A stretch of DNA of 63,422 bases, the filler included, from Lenisia limosa (Eukaryota > Protista > Breviatea), in NCBI GenBank assembly GCA_001655205.1. It is 9 parts of 9 records of this genome, joined end to end, with 100 filler letters (N's around TTAATTAATTAA, not from the genome) between each part and the next. Parts side by side here need not be neighbours in the genome. Positions count along the whole stretch, not along the records: positions 1,517 to 27,767 come from LPNZ01008136.1; positions 27,868 to 29,567 come from LPNZ01001890.1; positions 29,668 to 32,278 come from LPNZ01006400.1; positions 32,379 to 50,750 come from LPNZ01008162.1; 5 more parts are not named here. The stretch is one strand, 5' to 3'. Every line of letters starts with the position of its first letter. Positions within the stretch are counted from its first letter, which is position 1. The notes under the pieces were generated by a model. It saw only the letters and a program-made list of their open reading frames with translations. It was not told the origin of the DNA and made no database searches. A program made the position numbers and the translations under genes. Positions 25,148-39,200 of this stretch are shown one piece after another.

Positions 25148-25456
25148 GATTGCCTATCTGTATGAAATACACCTTTCACCAAACAAGATAGGTCGCTTTT
25201 GTAAAATCTGCTCTAACTATAATGACTTCCTTATTAAATATGGCAATAATTCGGCAAAAAGACTTGACAACTTGAAGATTTCAGATTTACATTGTGATCC
25301 AGTGATCTAGTGATCTTCTAACAATTAGATGTTAGAAGGCTTTTAAGTGAAACTTGTCTATTACGAATCCTTTACGGTAACGACGCCTATAGGGTTTAGT
25401 CTAGTGTGTATATTGACTTTCTTTGTTAGTTTGGTGATTTTAGTTTGTTAAACACA

Positions 25457-27767
25457 ATGGCCTCCCCTCTTGAGATTCTTTCGGGGACCATTTCTCCTGA
25501 TGCTGCCGTCAGAGTCCAGGTTTGAGGGCATTTCAGGGTAAATAGGTTGAGGTTTGTGAAATGTTCCGTTCCCTGATTGATGTTATTGCGAGTGGTCACC
25601 GTTTATGTAGGTGACCAACCATCTTGAGGCTATGAAGACCCAGCCTGATCAGCTTGTTGCTTTCCTGATCCAAGGTGCTAATATTGAAGGACCTCTCACC
25701 GACCCTAACATCCTTCCTGTAGGCCTTGTGACGGAATCCTGTTTGATCTATACGATAATTGGTCTTTCTGCAGGATATGCACTTGACAATTTTGCTCTGT
25801 GTTGGATAGTCTTCACAAATCCACTCTTTTATGAAAATAAAGGTCTTAACGGCAGTTCCACAAACTTAATTTTCATGTCGTTATTTCGCTTCCTTTATTC
25901 CCTCTCTCTGTCCCTTTCTACACGCTAATATTACTTGAAATAGTAAGAAAAGTTACTCTTTCAGGCCCGTATGGCTGCCATCACCTTGATCCGTACTATG
26001 GTCTTCAAAGAGGTCTTCCAGACATTGTCCCCTGCTGCGATCACCGCTCTCAAAACGTGGGTCACTGTGTTTTATGTAATTCAATAGAATAACATCTGTT
26101 TATTTGAGAAAATGGCCCTGAAAGGAACGTGGCAGAGCTGCTTATTATTTGTGTAGTGAGATCATCAAGGGTTGCTCTCTGTCAGGCGAATATGAGGTAT
26201 GCTTAGGGTCTTGGTTTTCTTTGGTTGTGTTTCATTTTGATTCAAAATTCACGGTGGGTTCTTTGATTGGCCTCTTTATCCGTCTTTCAATGATGGGGTA
26301 GAGGTGCAATATCTTCAAAGCACCTGTTATAAATCGGACCTTGTCTTGAGTAACTCCCAGGCCACCATCCGTGACGCCTGGGTAATTGTTGGCGCTTCCT
26401 TCGCAGAGAAATTCATCGGTGGGAATACGGAAATTTCGGTCGGAGCAGCTTGCAGGGTATAACAGCGCCCCTCCGTCCATCACGTGGCTCAATGTAACAA
26501 ATGCAGAGCAATGGCCCGATGTTCTTCAGAACGTCCTCCAGCTCATGCAGTCCGAGAGCCCAATTGCCAAGTCCAGTGGCTTCCAACTTGCTGCCCACGT
26601 CATCCCCGTGAGCGCCGCTGTGCTGCTGAGTTCTCCGTTATTCTGATTATAATGCCCCAGGCTGTCAAGCTTCGCGCTGACTGCCCCATCAAGATCAGCG
26701 ACCAGGATCTCCTCGGCATTGCTCCCATCCTTGCCCAGGGTCTTGCTGAGGCTAGCGCCCTCGAAGTAAGCAGACGGAATGCTTGTCGCACTCGTGATAT
26801 GGCTTATATCAGCCAACTAAGTCACTCTTAACGTTTCACCCGCTAGGTCCGTGTTGCTGCAGTGCAGTGTGTTGCCGCCATCATCCCCACACTTGAGAAC
26901 GCCCAGGCTCGTCGCACCTACATGGAGGTCATTCCCTCTCTCGTCGCCGTGGGGGGGGGGGGNNNNNNNNNNNNNNNNNNNNNNNNNNNNNNNNNNNNNN
27001 NNNNNNNNNNNNNNNNNNNNNNNNNNNNNNNNNNNNNNNNNNNNNNNNNNNNNNNNNNNNNNNNNNNNNNNNNNNNNNNNNNNNNNNNNNNNNNNNNNNN
27101 NNNNNNNNNNNNNNNNNNNNNNNNNNNNNNNNNNNNNNNNNNNNNNNNNNNNNNNNNNNNNNNTGTGCAGGACAATGTTGCAACTGGACATAAAAATGAC
27201 GAATATTCTCGATAAACCCTCGACTAGAGTTTTTCCTTCTTCTCTAAAACACGTATCGTCATGAAGCATTGATAATAAACGAGCAGACACTGACCATGTA
27301 GCTTGCCGAGGTTGATGCCAAGTTCTTCCGTACGCATCTTGCCATGATCGTGTCAGGCTTCATGCAGATGGCTGCCAACGCCCAGATGTCGGAGGACACT
27401 CGTCTTCTCTCAATGGAGTTCCTCCTTGCCCTCGCTGAGTCCGCCCCCGGCATGCTCAGGAAACAACAGGACTTCGCTCAGAACAGTGGGGGGGGGGGGC
27501 AATATCAACCTCGAGGTCGTTGATTTTTACATTTTTGTTTTTGTTTGTTTTATATCCTGGTCTTTTAACGTATCAGTGTACAAAATCTGCGAGCAGTACC
27601 TTTTGTCTGCTGACGATGACGTTGCCGTTTGGCTCAAGGGTTCCGACGTTTGGGGGGCTCTTCAGCTTTGGTCTTTTTGTTACTGAATTAACTGTTTAGT
27701 TTGACGAGGATGACCTTGAAACTGAGGACTGCATGCGCGGTATCGTCTACGCGCAGCGCCTTGGTGG
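25457..27767 (+). CDS. IPO5: Importin-5 / karyopherin beta-3 (Kap121), N-terminal part, truncated at contig end
   Basis: MASPLEILSGTISPDAAVRVQ..., ARMAAITLIRTMV, LAEVDAKFFRTHL...RLLSMEFLLALAESAPGMLRK, which match recalled importin-5 HEAT repeats. Confidence 0.85.
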
Positions 27768-28089
27768 NNNNNNNNNNNNNNNNNNNNNNNNNNNNNNNNN
27801 NNNNNNNNNNNTTAATTAATTAANNNNNNNNNNNNNNNNNNNNNNNNNNNNNNNNNNNNNNNNNNNNGGGGGGGGGGATAAAAAACAACATATTGAAATG
27901 ATAGACAAAACGCTCGAAGTTAACATGGGCGATACATCCCGCCCACAAACGTGTAAATGCCGGATAATATGCACGTCATCCCGAGTATCATAGTCCTACC
28001 TAACAACTTTTCATATCATATATTTAACCTTACAGTCACCCCAAGAACCCTTATATCACCCTTTCGACACTCTTAGTACACCACCCACC

Positions 28090-29150
28090 CACCAGTCTCC
28101 AATATCATCATGATGGGAGTTGAGAGGCCCTTTTGCTACCAACGGAGCGGGACACTGCAGCGTAAGAGAAGGGAAATATATCGATGGAAAACTACCATAA
28201 AAATGCTCCTAAAATACATATCAAATGGAAATAATCATGAGAGTTAGGAATGTAAAAGCTGCAACAATGGGTCAAAATGAAACAAACGTTTTCAGACGTC
28301 AAAAACAAAGAAACGTTGTAAAAAAAACATAACAAGTTGTAGGAATATGCATTCTGCGCAATAATATATTGAAGATTATCCAAAAAGTCAATCAAAACAT
28401 ATCACCCATGTTGCAATATCGATTATCCTTCAGACATACCGGTTCGCATTTGGAATTGAGCGAATAGGTGTCTTCAGGACATGTCGAGCAAACACCATCA
28501 ACAGAAACCGAACCTACAGGGGGTGATTATTAAATATACAATATGCAGGAAACTAAAGGGGCTTAAACACATTTTCTCCGCAGTAGAGTATAGGAGGGTT
28601 GAGGGAGGTAGAAGTGATTAATGATCCTGAATATTCCTTGATCACATTCGCTCAACAAAATAAACATTTTAAACAATAAAAAATCTGAACTCCTTGGTTC
28701 ACACAAGCTGAGATATACACAAACAAAATCAACCTGAGACAACAAGACCCTAAGGTCAAATCCCCACACAAAAATTCCCGATTTCAAAAAAAAACACTTG
28801 CCATATCACCTGCCTGACACGTGCTGCAAATAAGGCCGGCTCCAGAAGCTACCGGTATTAATCCAGCCTCGTTACACAGACAGGCCGCTGTCCCGGACCG
28901 GTCGGATGAAGTTGTTCCGGTGGTGTTGGAGTTCGGCGGGCACTGATTGGTTATGATTGATAATTATGATTAATGGTTATGACTAATGAATACTGCAACA
29001 TATTCCCTCCCACAGCAGCACAGTTGAAGTCACCCTGTAGCGAAAACGAATTGTCTGGGCAGATTTCACAGACACCTGCTTTTGGTACTGAACCGCTTGG
29101 ACAGAGGTAGCACGAAGAATTGTTGCGGAGATACGGCATAATACATGTGC
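28090..29150 (-). CDS. Cys-rich surface-protein fragment with GCC2/GCC3 or ephrin-receptor-like CxxCP repeats
   Basis: SCYLCPSGSVPKAGVCEICPDNSFSLQGDFNC, QCPPNSNTTGTTSSDRSGTAACLCNEAG...CSTCQAG, DGVCSTCPEDTYSLNSKCEPVC. Confidence 0.7.
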
Positions 29151-29667
29151 TAGGTGGGTGAGAGCAAAAAAAAACCGGGGGAAGAGAGGTGGAGCGGAGG
29201 ATTATCAAATAATAAACATACTTGTAAACTCAAAAACAATGAGAATATATGACTTACGCTATGTATATAAATGTGCTAATGAAGACATTGGTTCTGAAAA
29301 AGAAGCGGTAAGTACTGAAACATACCAATCGTCAATTGATGAGTAAGGGGCGGAGGGTCTCGAATGATTGAAACACTACACTCAGTTACAAAGGGAGAAA
29401 CACTAATACCACTGAAATGTAAAAAGGGATAAAATCGGAGAGCTTCATGTAGTATATACATCCAGTATATATGATATATATACATATATATCATATATGT
29501 ATAGTCCAAGCTCCGGACATCATTCAAAATTCCCGGACACATCAAAACTCCTAGACAGCTTGAGTTTNNNNNNNNNNNNNNNNNNNNNNNNNNNNNNNNN
29601 NNNNNNNNNNNTTAATTAATTAANNNNNNNNNNNNNNNNNNNNNNNNNNNNNNNNNNNNNNNNNNNN

Positions 29668-31775
29668 CATCAGAGCCCCTTCTTTCAGTCAACCGCGGAT
29701 GGACGCCAACGTCTCCAAGTCCTGAGGAGCGAAGTAGCGACTCTCGAGGTCTGTGTGAATTTTTTAGGGTTTTTTTTGCTATATTGATACTACCATATTT
29801 ATTGAGAATTTGGAGGTTATTTTGTCGAAATGTGTACTGTATTTCTGCGCTTATATTTTTATTTAGAGCAAACAGAACGACGAAGGTCCCCCAGCAGGGA
29901 TAAGGAATTGGATGATGCTGTCAAGAGAATACGTGACCGACAATCTAGTAGTACGAGGGGNNNNNNNNNNNNNNNNNNNNNNNNNNNNNNNNNNNNNNNN
30001 NNNNTGGAGTTATTTATTTCAGGTATAATGAAGACAATCTTGATAAAAGGAGAATATTATATCAAACATGAAATTTTCATGTTAAACTATTACTTTTCTT
30101 ATCATGTTAACCGATTGTTCTTTCTGTTTTAACGAAACTAATTGTAGCATCCCTCAAAGAAGTCGAGCATGACCTCCAGCAACAGGCGATGCTGAGTATT
30201 CTCACCTGTGATGATCGTCATGTTGATACCGTTTGTCGCATGCAGATGGGTGAGGAAGTCAACGTTTTGTGGTTCCAGCCACGGGCAAAACGGAGGAAAA
30301 AGAAGTACTCTGACAGGTTGGTATTGCCTGTATTCAATCTGTATACACAGAGTTTTAATGTAAATGATCTAGTATATGATATATTGTCTCTTTTCAGTGC
30401 GATGGTGTGGAGAGTTTTGCTGGATTTTTTTTTCTGCTAATAAATGATGTATCAATAGATGATCAAGTATTGTATCAGAATAATGATTTTTTATGACCGA
30501 TTGGTCACTGTTTCAGCCAGCAACTTCCGCTTTCTGCACTCGACCCAAATCATCACAAGCCCGTTAGCGAGCCCCCTCAACCAGTACAAAAAGTGTGTCC
30601 TTTTGAGGGCGGTTGTTGATTTTCAAACCGTCTATATTTTCGAAATAAACGTTATTTGTTGAGCTTTACATTCAGTTCAAAATCGCTACAAATGCTCGAA
30701 AAGTCCGTGATAAACACCCAGATTAAAAGTGTATTATGTAATAATTATATGAAAGCTCTCTATTTTTTGAATTTCCGAATATTATGCATGATATGATATT
30801 ATTCATTATTTCCTTTCTGAGTTGAATTAGGTGTTTTTTGCTTCAATTCAACAGACCCCCCCCCCCCAACTTTATTTTNNNNNNNNNNNNNNNNNNNNNN
30901 NNNNNNNNNNNNNNNNNNNNNNNNNNNNNNNNNNNNNNNNNNNNNNNNNNNNNNTAAGGATTTATCGAAATTCTGTCTTTTTCGGACCGCCCTTGTAGAA
31001 ATACAGACTAAGGCAAACCAAAGGGTGCCACTTTCAGTTCGAAAACCCACTTAATATTGTTAGTTTTTAAAGATATATCGTGACAGTTTTTTTTTTTCTT
31101 TTCTTTAATTTGCCTAGAAAGAAGAGGTTCCACCAAAAAGCCCTCCTGAGAGCCTTAAACGAAGGCATCGCAAGGTATAGGGAGATAATTTATATTTGGG
31201 TATATAATAGTAGTTCCCAGCTGATGAATGTTTTTGTTTACCTAGATTTCGTAGTATAATATTTCTCTTGAACAATGAATGGCATTAACCAAAGCAACTA
31301 ACTTGGGCTTTGTTTGGTGTGCATTGATGTCTAATGGCTTGGGCTTTATTTGTTATGTTGTTCTAACGTGTGTTGCAAGCCATCAGAGTTGATTTGAGGC
31401 CTTTGTTTTATAGTTTCACTTTACCTCTCAATCTTTCAGAAAAAAGACAGTGAGCACAAAAAGGCCAAACGCAGTCAACGATCAAAAGATCAGAAACGGC
31501 CGAAATCGCCTTCGAAAAGCCCAGTCGGAACATCCAACGTCCATGCGGAGCTCGACCGTCTGAACCAAATGATTGATTTGGAGCGAGCGCACTGGGAGGA
31601 TCTTGGAGGTATGGTATTCCTCTTCTTCACTCAATTACGTGGGCACTTATTTCAATTCCAAATAGTTTCTTTAATCACACCAGTCGTAAAAATATCAGAA
31701 AAGTTTTTTTTTTTTATGTGCTTTTACTTATTTGTAGGCTCCGATTTGGTGGAACCGATTTTAGACGATTTTTAG
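29668..31775 (+). CDS. C-terminal fragment of a low-complexity K/R/S/P-rich protein, function unknown
   Basis: Exons EQTERRRSPSRDKELDDAVKRIRDRQ, KEEVPPKSPPESLKRRHRK, KKDSEHKKAKRSQRSKDQKRPKSPSKSP...LERAHWEDLG, SDLVEPILDDF*. Confidence 0.55.
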
Positions 31776-33297
31776 TGAGGTGCTTTAGTGTTCATTGTGT
31801 GATATTCTCTTTTTTTTTGTAAAGTAATGGTAATATTTAATTTTGATCCGAATCAATCATTTGCCAGGCCTAACCTTCTTAATCAACCCCATCCCCTATT
31901 CCTCAAGCAAACAACCAAAAGGGAAGCTGAATCGCAATGAAAAGCATCTACACACAAATCGGCGCTGTGACGGTACAAGGACCAAGACTAGCAAAGTCGC
32001 CCTTATCACGGGGGGTGAAGTCAACTACACTCTGGCCTGCACTATTGAGGCTGGCACGCAGCTATAGAGTGGATTAGATGTCATAAAAGATGAGTAGTCA
32101 GGCTTATATTTTTTATGCAAAAACCATACCCACTTAACACCTCCTTAACATCCCCCCATCTCCCAAACATTTAATCCATCAGCTTAACCCCCTATCATAA
32201 CCCCCCACCTTATCCGCTTCGGTAGTTTTACCGGAAAGGGTCAGGATCTCCGCAGCCGAAAGCTCGCGAGAATAGAGTNNNNNNNNNNNNNNNNNNNNNN
32301 NNNNNNNNNNNNNNNNNNNNNNTTAATTAATTAANNNNNNNNNNNNNNNNNNNNNNNNNNNNNNNNNNNNNNNNNNNNATCAACTACTACTACTCAAATC
32401 AAATAGCTCTCAGGCACGAATCCCTTTTGAATCCCGGACCGGACCTCTACCCAGCCATCGCTATCGGCCTGCGTTGTGAAATATTCGGAAATTTGTGACA
32501 CTTTGGAACATTCGGGATTCGCAGTAGGAATCCTAATCAAGTGTAGCAGTCAATGCTCCTCCCCCCCCCCCCNNNNNNNNNNNNNNNNNNNNNNNNNNNN
32601 NNNNNNNNNNNNNNNNNNNNNNNNNNNNNNNNNNNNNNNNNNNNNNNNNNNNNNNNNNNNNNNNNNNNNNNNNNNNNNNNNNNNNNNNNNNNNNNNNNNN
32701 NNNNNNNNNNNNNNNNNNNNNNNNNNNNNNNNNNNNNNNNNNNNNNNNNNNNNNNNNNNNNNNNNNNNNNNNNNNNNNNNNNNNNNNNNNNNNNNNNNNN
32801 NNNNNNNNNNNNNNNNNNNNNNNNNNNNNNNNNNNNNNNNNNNNNNNNNNNNNNNNNNNNGGGCCTTGAGGAGGCCTTCTCATTGGTGGTTTGTTGGACG
32901 TCTTGAAGGTAAAGAGGAATCAACGTTACAACCGCCTGGGTTTTATGTGGTACCAATGCGGGTTGAAGCGGTCTAATTACAATGACAGATTTCCTGTCAT
33001 TTCGAATATTTCGAATGGAACAATCTGAAATTGAGTGACATCTCCATTCTCACAAAGCAGAGTATATGATAGGTATTATGTGGCACGAGATGAGGTGTAT
33101 AACAGGATTGCCAAATTACGTATGAATGGAGTAATCGAACTGTTCTTCTAAAATCGTGGCTGTTTCATTCAACAAATTACAACATAAGGATACCACAAAC
33201 AACACCAGCAAATCCCCCCATCACCACCCTCCCATCACCACCCTCCCATTGCAGACCCACCCGTCCTAACATCAGTGTGATCCCAGAGATCTTTCAC

Positions 33298-36200
33298 TCA
33301 AAAAAACGAACCATTGCAGAAGTGGCGGCCATGTCCACTCCGATGGTGCTGAACGTTTCGGTGGTGTCCATTCCCGGCTCCTCCATTTCAAATTGAAGAG
33401 GCTACNNNNNNNNNNNNNNNNNNNNNNNNNTAGCGCTTCAGTACGAGGGGAAGTAAAGCGAAGGAAATTTCGATGAAGAATATTGGAGTAATAATAAACC
33501 GAATAATTTGAAATACAACCAACAAACAATGGTGCTTGAGAAATAACATTTTTCTTTCGGAGCGGAGAAGGGGGGGAGGGGATTTTATTGAAAATTGCAG
33601 TAGAACAATATTGACTCTCCAGAATTTCAACAGATATTGAGTGTGCCTACATTCCGTTTCAAAAGGGCCCCCTCACATCCTTAGCAGGCTTTTTGTTCTT
33701 TTTCCCTCCAGCACACAGCAGACAGACAGCAGCAATTGCCGCAATACCGAGAACCGCACCCATTCCTGCCTAATAGGTAAGTAAACTACCTAATACGGTA
33801 AGTCCACTACAAGTTACAGTTCTTCATTAATATTACATCAATAATATGTAACCCCAAACTTACCATAACAGGGGTTGATGACGTGGCAGAAGCAAAAATA
33901 CTGTCTTCTATATGGGTAAGTCAAGCATAGGCCTTCCTGGAAAGGATTTGTTAATATTATTATTCTCTTTTGAAGTTCAGTTCCCACCAGATGAGTTGTT
34001 GTCGTTGATTGAGTCCTCGCTTGTCTGAATTGTGTAAAGAGGTGAAAAGAGGGGTTTGTGTTTTGATTTTAACATAAAACAACTCTAATGGGTCAGAGCA
34101 GCCCCCTGCAAAGTATTCACAAGTACACAGTGACCCTAACCTCGCAAGCTTGAAGGTTGCAAGTGGTGGTATTGACTGGCTTTGAAGACTCGGGGCATGA
34201 CCAATCTGAAGTCTGCTGGAGTTAGATATCAATGTCTAAAAGCATGGAAACCAAGCGTTTTTCCAATTTGCCAATGTTAACCAAAGTGACACAACTTCTG
34301 GTCTAAGTAAGACTTTCCTTCGGTGACAATAACAATGGCCGATTTCACGATAAGCTCAATAAAAACCGCTATTTTACCGGTCTTGTTGTGACCGAAGTGA
34401 AGCCCTCAGTATAAGGCAGCCCTCACACCTCCTCCTTATTAACGTTGTCGTAACACGTGACGGTACGCGTCTGCAGACCGCCGCCGCATTCGGCTGAACA
34501 CTCCGAGTACGCAGCTATCGGGTACGTGGTTAAAAATGTGTTATGATATGGGCTTCCCTGAAGTCTCAAAAAAGACCGAATCTCCCGATAAATCCTAGAT
34601 AAATATCGATATTTAAACGGTCTTTTTCGGACCGCAGGGAAGTCCAAGTTATTAGGGCAGTGTATTGTGAGAAGTGTCCGCCCTATTCAAGCCCACCCCT
34701 CATTATTATCATCAAAAGGAAAGCCACCCTCCCATGATTATTAAAAGTACACACACACATACTATCAATATGTACCCACTAACAGGTGTTCCATTGGAAG
34801 GGGCATTGTTGCTCATTACAGACTTCCGAGGTTGTTGGCTTGGTAGAGGTGCACTTGCCGTCGCTTTCCTGTGCAATTAGAGGGCTTTTCTCAGGTCACA
34901 ATATTGTCTCAATATATCCTTGATAAATATCATATCTGCATAAAACCGAATGATGAGTATTCCTCCTACCAAGTCTCCATTGGAGGATCTACACTGCACA
35001 ACGCGAGTTCTCTTGCCCCCGCCACACGCTACGCTGCAGCCTTCCCATGATCCTGCTGTGTTAATTCCTGTCATATTCTGATGATGCATTTAATATCTTG
35101 ACATGGGAACATATCATATATAATATCTTGAGCATCATCAGAATATGCCAGGAACTGTCAAGATAAAATATGATATGTTCTCACGTGAATTATACCCACA
35201 AAGTTATGTTAAGATTGTTGTAACAATATATCATATCATACTTTTGAATTGTCAAATACTAACATTGACAAACCAATTTCCCCCCTTAGTACGTAATAAG
35301 GAGGAGTTGAGACATTGAAACCCAAAGTTGTTTTTTCAATATTTGATGTTTCATATCTCGAAAAAAAAAGCGATGTTAACCACACTTTTGCAGCTGAATT
35401 TTTATCCAAAAGACTTGGATCTGTTTGCATTTATCTACAAATTTTGTTTTGGGGACTGAATCTTTCTAAGGTACCACCAACCAGTAATCCAGTTAAAGGT
35501 GCAGGAGTGGGTGTTGCAAGCCTCAGAAGTGGCCGGCTTGACTGTAGTACATTTGCTGGCGCTTTGCTAAAAGAGAAATAAGTAACTATCCATATGATGT
35601 ATAGGATTATCTGGTACTGAACCAGTCTTCGATAAGATTACAATTACATTTCAGTAATAGGCCTGAGATAACCAAATTCAATTAATATGCCAATCTTCAC
35701 AGTAAAACTTAATAGCTCAATGGATACTGAATCGTGCTTACATAAATGATTCGGAATCGAAAAAAAGAGAACAATTACCCCAAAATACCAGGGTGCCCTC
35801 GAGAGTGCATGTGATTTCACGACTTCTTGACCCTGATCCACAGGTCCGACTGCAGCTCCCCCAGGTTCCTGAATATCTTAGTTTCTCAACCCCAGGTATT
35901 TGAAAGTTAATCAGCATGTCTCAAAACGGGTGGATGAAAAAGGACCTTTTATTATTATTTCTTGCATAAAAATTAACTATATCCATTTTTAAAATAAGAC
36001 TGACGCGTAGTGTCCTCTCGACCCCTACCAGATGTCCATTCATAGGTGCAGGCGTGGCTGTTGCAAGATTGGCTTTCAAGGGGCTTATCTCCAATGTTGG
36101 TCACACATTTCGAATCGGCAAGCTGCGAAATGAGAGCTTAATTGTGTTAGCTCTATGTCTTTGTTTAGAAAAAGCACTAAAGCGGAATTGGCAATGCACC

Positions 36201-39200
36201 CCTCCATCCCATACAACTTGATACAATGACACTTGTTACAATTGCAAATGTAAACAGAAACACTAACCACCTACCAGCTCCCCCTCAGATTCACACGTGA
36301 CTGTTCTGTCTCTGGTCCCGCCATTGCAAAGGGCTGAGCACTGGCCCCATGTGGCTACATGGATGATGGGGGTCTTGTGGTGGTGTTTGTGATAGTGATG
36401 TTTTTGACGATCTTAAAGTGGTGTTTGTGTTGGTGATGTTAACAATCAGAAACAATAAAAATAAGTGGTTCAGCCTTTACAAATATCGGATATCAAGTGA
36501 AATTTGAACTGTTTATAATGAATTGCCCTCATACACGTGACCCATTCATAGTGGCAGTCTTTCAATTCGCAGCCAAGCTAGAAAATCAGCCATTATTACT
36601 CAGACAATAGATCAAATTTATCAGTTTAAATTATTAACTCTAAATCACCTCATAAATCCACAAAGTTCATAAATTGCATTACAACTTGATATTGCATTCA
36701 GGGATTCACTTGATTTTCTCGATAAATCTTCGAAAACTATCGATATTTTACCGGTCTTTTTTTAATCGAAGTGAAGCCCTAATTGCATCATGATGCCTTC
36801 AGATTCATATTGTTTTTGACGAACGCCAGCCACGTCACCCCTCTCCCACAGTGTCTTTGAATTTGTACAAATGAGCGCATTGAGCATCATCTACAATTTC
36901 GTCCAAAACAACACAGTCAATTGTCCGGGTCTGTGTGCCAACACCACAGTTATTTGAACAAATACTCCAAGGGCCTTGAATGGTGACTTATACAAGACGG
37001 CATTTTCAAAAATGTGTCCAAAAATCGAAACAAGTCAATTCGGTTGAATCCATTTTGAACTAATGTCTCGATATCCACCCACCAGTAACCCATTTTGGGC
37101 TGGTAGAGCATGGGTCTTCATTGCACGCTTCAGATGCGACTGGCTTCTCGTTCAGACAAAGGCCGGGAGTCTGGGTTGTGAGTGTGTTATTTCAGGATGT
37201 TATCTCTCGATTACAAACATATTGTGTAAACGTAATGTTGGACCAAGTCCTATCACATCATGTCATAAATGTGATGGAAGGCCAAGCCCATTGTCATATC
37301 ATAAATCTATTATTTTTTAGCCCAAATACGGCGGTACCAGCAAGGTTGACACAGGTGACTGTTCGGGTTCTAGTTCCTCCGGCACACGTGGCAGAACATG
37401 CGCTCCAGTTGCCTGGGGGGTAAGGCGTGTGGGAGCGTGGGTGTGTGGGCAATAATAAGGGCTTCCCTAAGGTCCAAAAAAGACCTGTAAAATATCGATA
37501 TTTATCGAAGATTTATCGAGAAATTCAGTCTATTTTGGGATTGAAGGGACGCCCAGGCAATAATGGACATTTGTGTGAAGTAGTTGGGGTGATTGAATCT
37601 CCAATTTGCTGGGGAAGAACTGTCCTCCTCCTACTGATTTTCCAGTAGTTAGGGCAAGTGTGCGTGTTGCAATCTTCAATAGCAACTGGCTTGGTCTTTG
37701 TGCAGTACGATGAAGATACCTGCAGTTCATGATTTTTCGATACAGAAGATTTCGTCCCCTCCCTAAACAGGCCTCAACATATCCATCTTGACCAAACACC
37801 TTTTGTGGTGTTCCAAAATACCAACAAATGCGTATCAGACATAATTTGCCATTTTAATGAGGTTTTTAGGCACATTTAGTCAATTTGGAACGATTTTCCA
37901 AAATTTTACAATGTCAGAAATATGGTATTACAATGTTCGACCTTTATACAATTCAATTCTCAAAAACAAATCATTTGAAATGCAGTGAAACAGAATAGGT
38001 AAAAGGCTTATGTTGTTCAAAGTAGTCACCCTAGGTCACCCCCCCCCCACAGAAGTCATATCAGAGGTTCTCATGCACTTCACGGTTCTTGATCTTGTTC
38101 CGCCATCACATTGTTGGTTGCAATCGGTCCAGGTAGCTGAGAGTAAGTTTTGCATTGGGGATGCAAAATGATTGTATAAAAAGCTCATACTCCTTGTATC
38201 TGCTCAAGTAATTTGAGCATGCTTGATACTATTTTCTACTCCTTCCATCATACTTTCTACTCCTTCCATCATACTTTCTACTCCTTCCATCATACTCAAA
38301 TATGCACATCTTGAGATCACCCACATACTTACACTCCATTCATATGCACCACAGGCAGTGGGACACTGTTCAGTTGTAGCTGGTTTGGCTCCTTCACAAA
38401 GAGACTCATCAATCTTTGGTGGTAATGATGATGATGATGATGATTACGATAAGTGGCGTTGGGATGATGATGATGATGATGGTGGTGGTGGTAATGGTGA
38501 TGATGCTAAAGGTCCCCCCTACCAGTTCATTTGCACTGTCTTTGCAGAGCACCTCCCTAGAGTGCGTGCCAGCAGAACCACAAATGGTGCAGTCTCCCCA
38601 CGGTCCTATGGAGAGGGGATTTGTCAATGAAACGCTATACAAGGAGATTAGTGGCCTTTTAAATCTTGAATATTTTTATTAACTACAATACATTCTGAAA
38701 TTAACTTGTTAACATCAATTGGCAGTGATGGATAAAACCTTCACTTAGATATCCAAAATGTCAACACAGATTATCATTTGAAAAGAAGCTAAGTGTGATA
38801 TGGCAACCTTTGCATGGGGAAAAGACCTCACCTTTCCACCAATTAGTGTCTGCACAATCTGGAGTGCAAGCTTGCGACGGCTGCTCCATGGGGCACTTGG
38901 ATGACGGGTTTCCTAATATGGTAAGTACCGCACACAGCCAAATGAAAGTTGCCTAATTTGGAAAATGATATACAGTTTGCTTGAGGTGATATGTTGTAGA
39001 TTTCTTCCTGCAACCCCCCCCCCCCCNNNNNNNNNNNNNNNNNNNNNNNNNNNNNNNNNNNNNNNNNNNNNNNNNNNNNNNNNNNNNNNNNGTAGTTTTC
39101 CTTGAATTGGATGCCTGCTTCTCCACAGTTACCCACACAGGCACCCCAGGTGGCGTCAGAATTGCTGAAATGTCAGTTATAAAGCTTGAAATGTTAGGCA

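Noticed and set aside
32860-32975. SH3-like HWWFVGRLEG
   Set aside because: No GxxPxNY follows and the upstream sequence is a gap.
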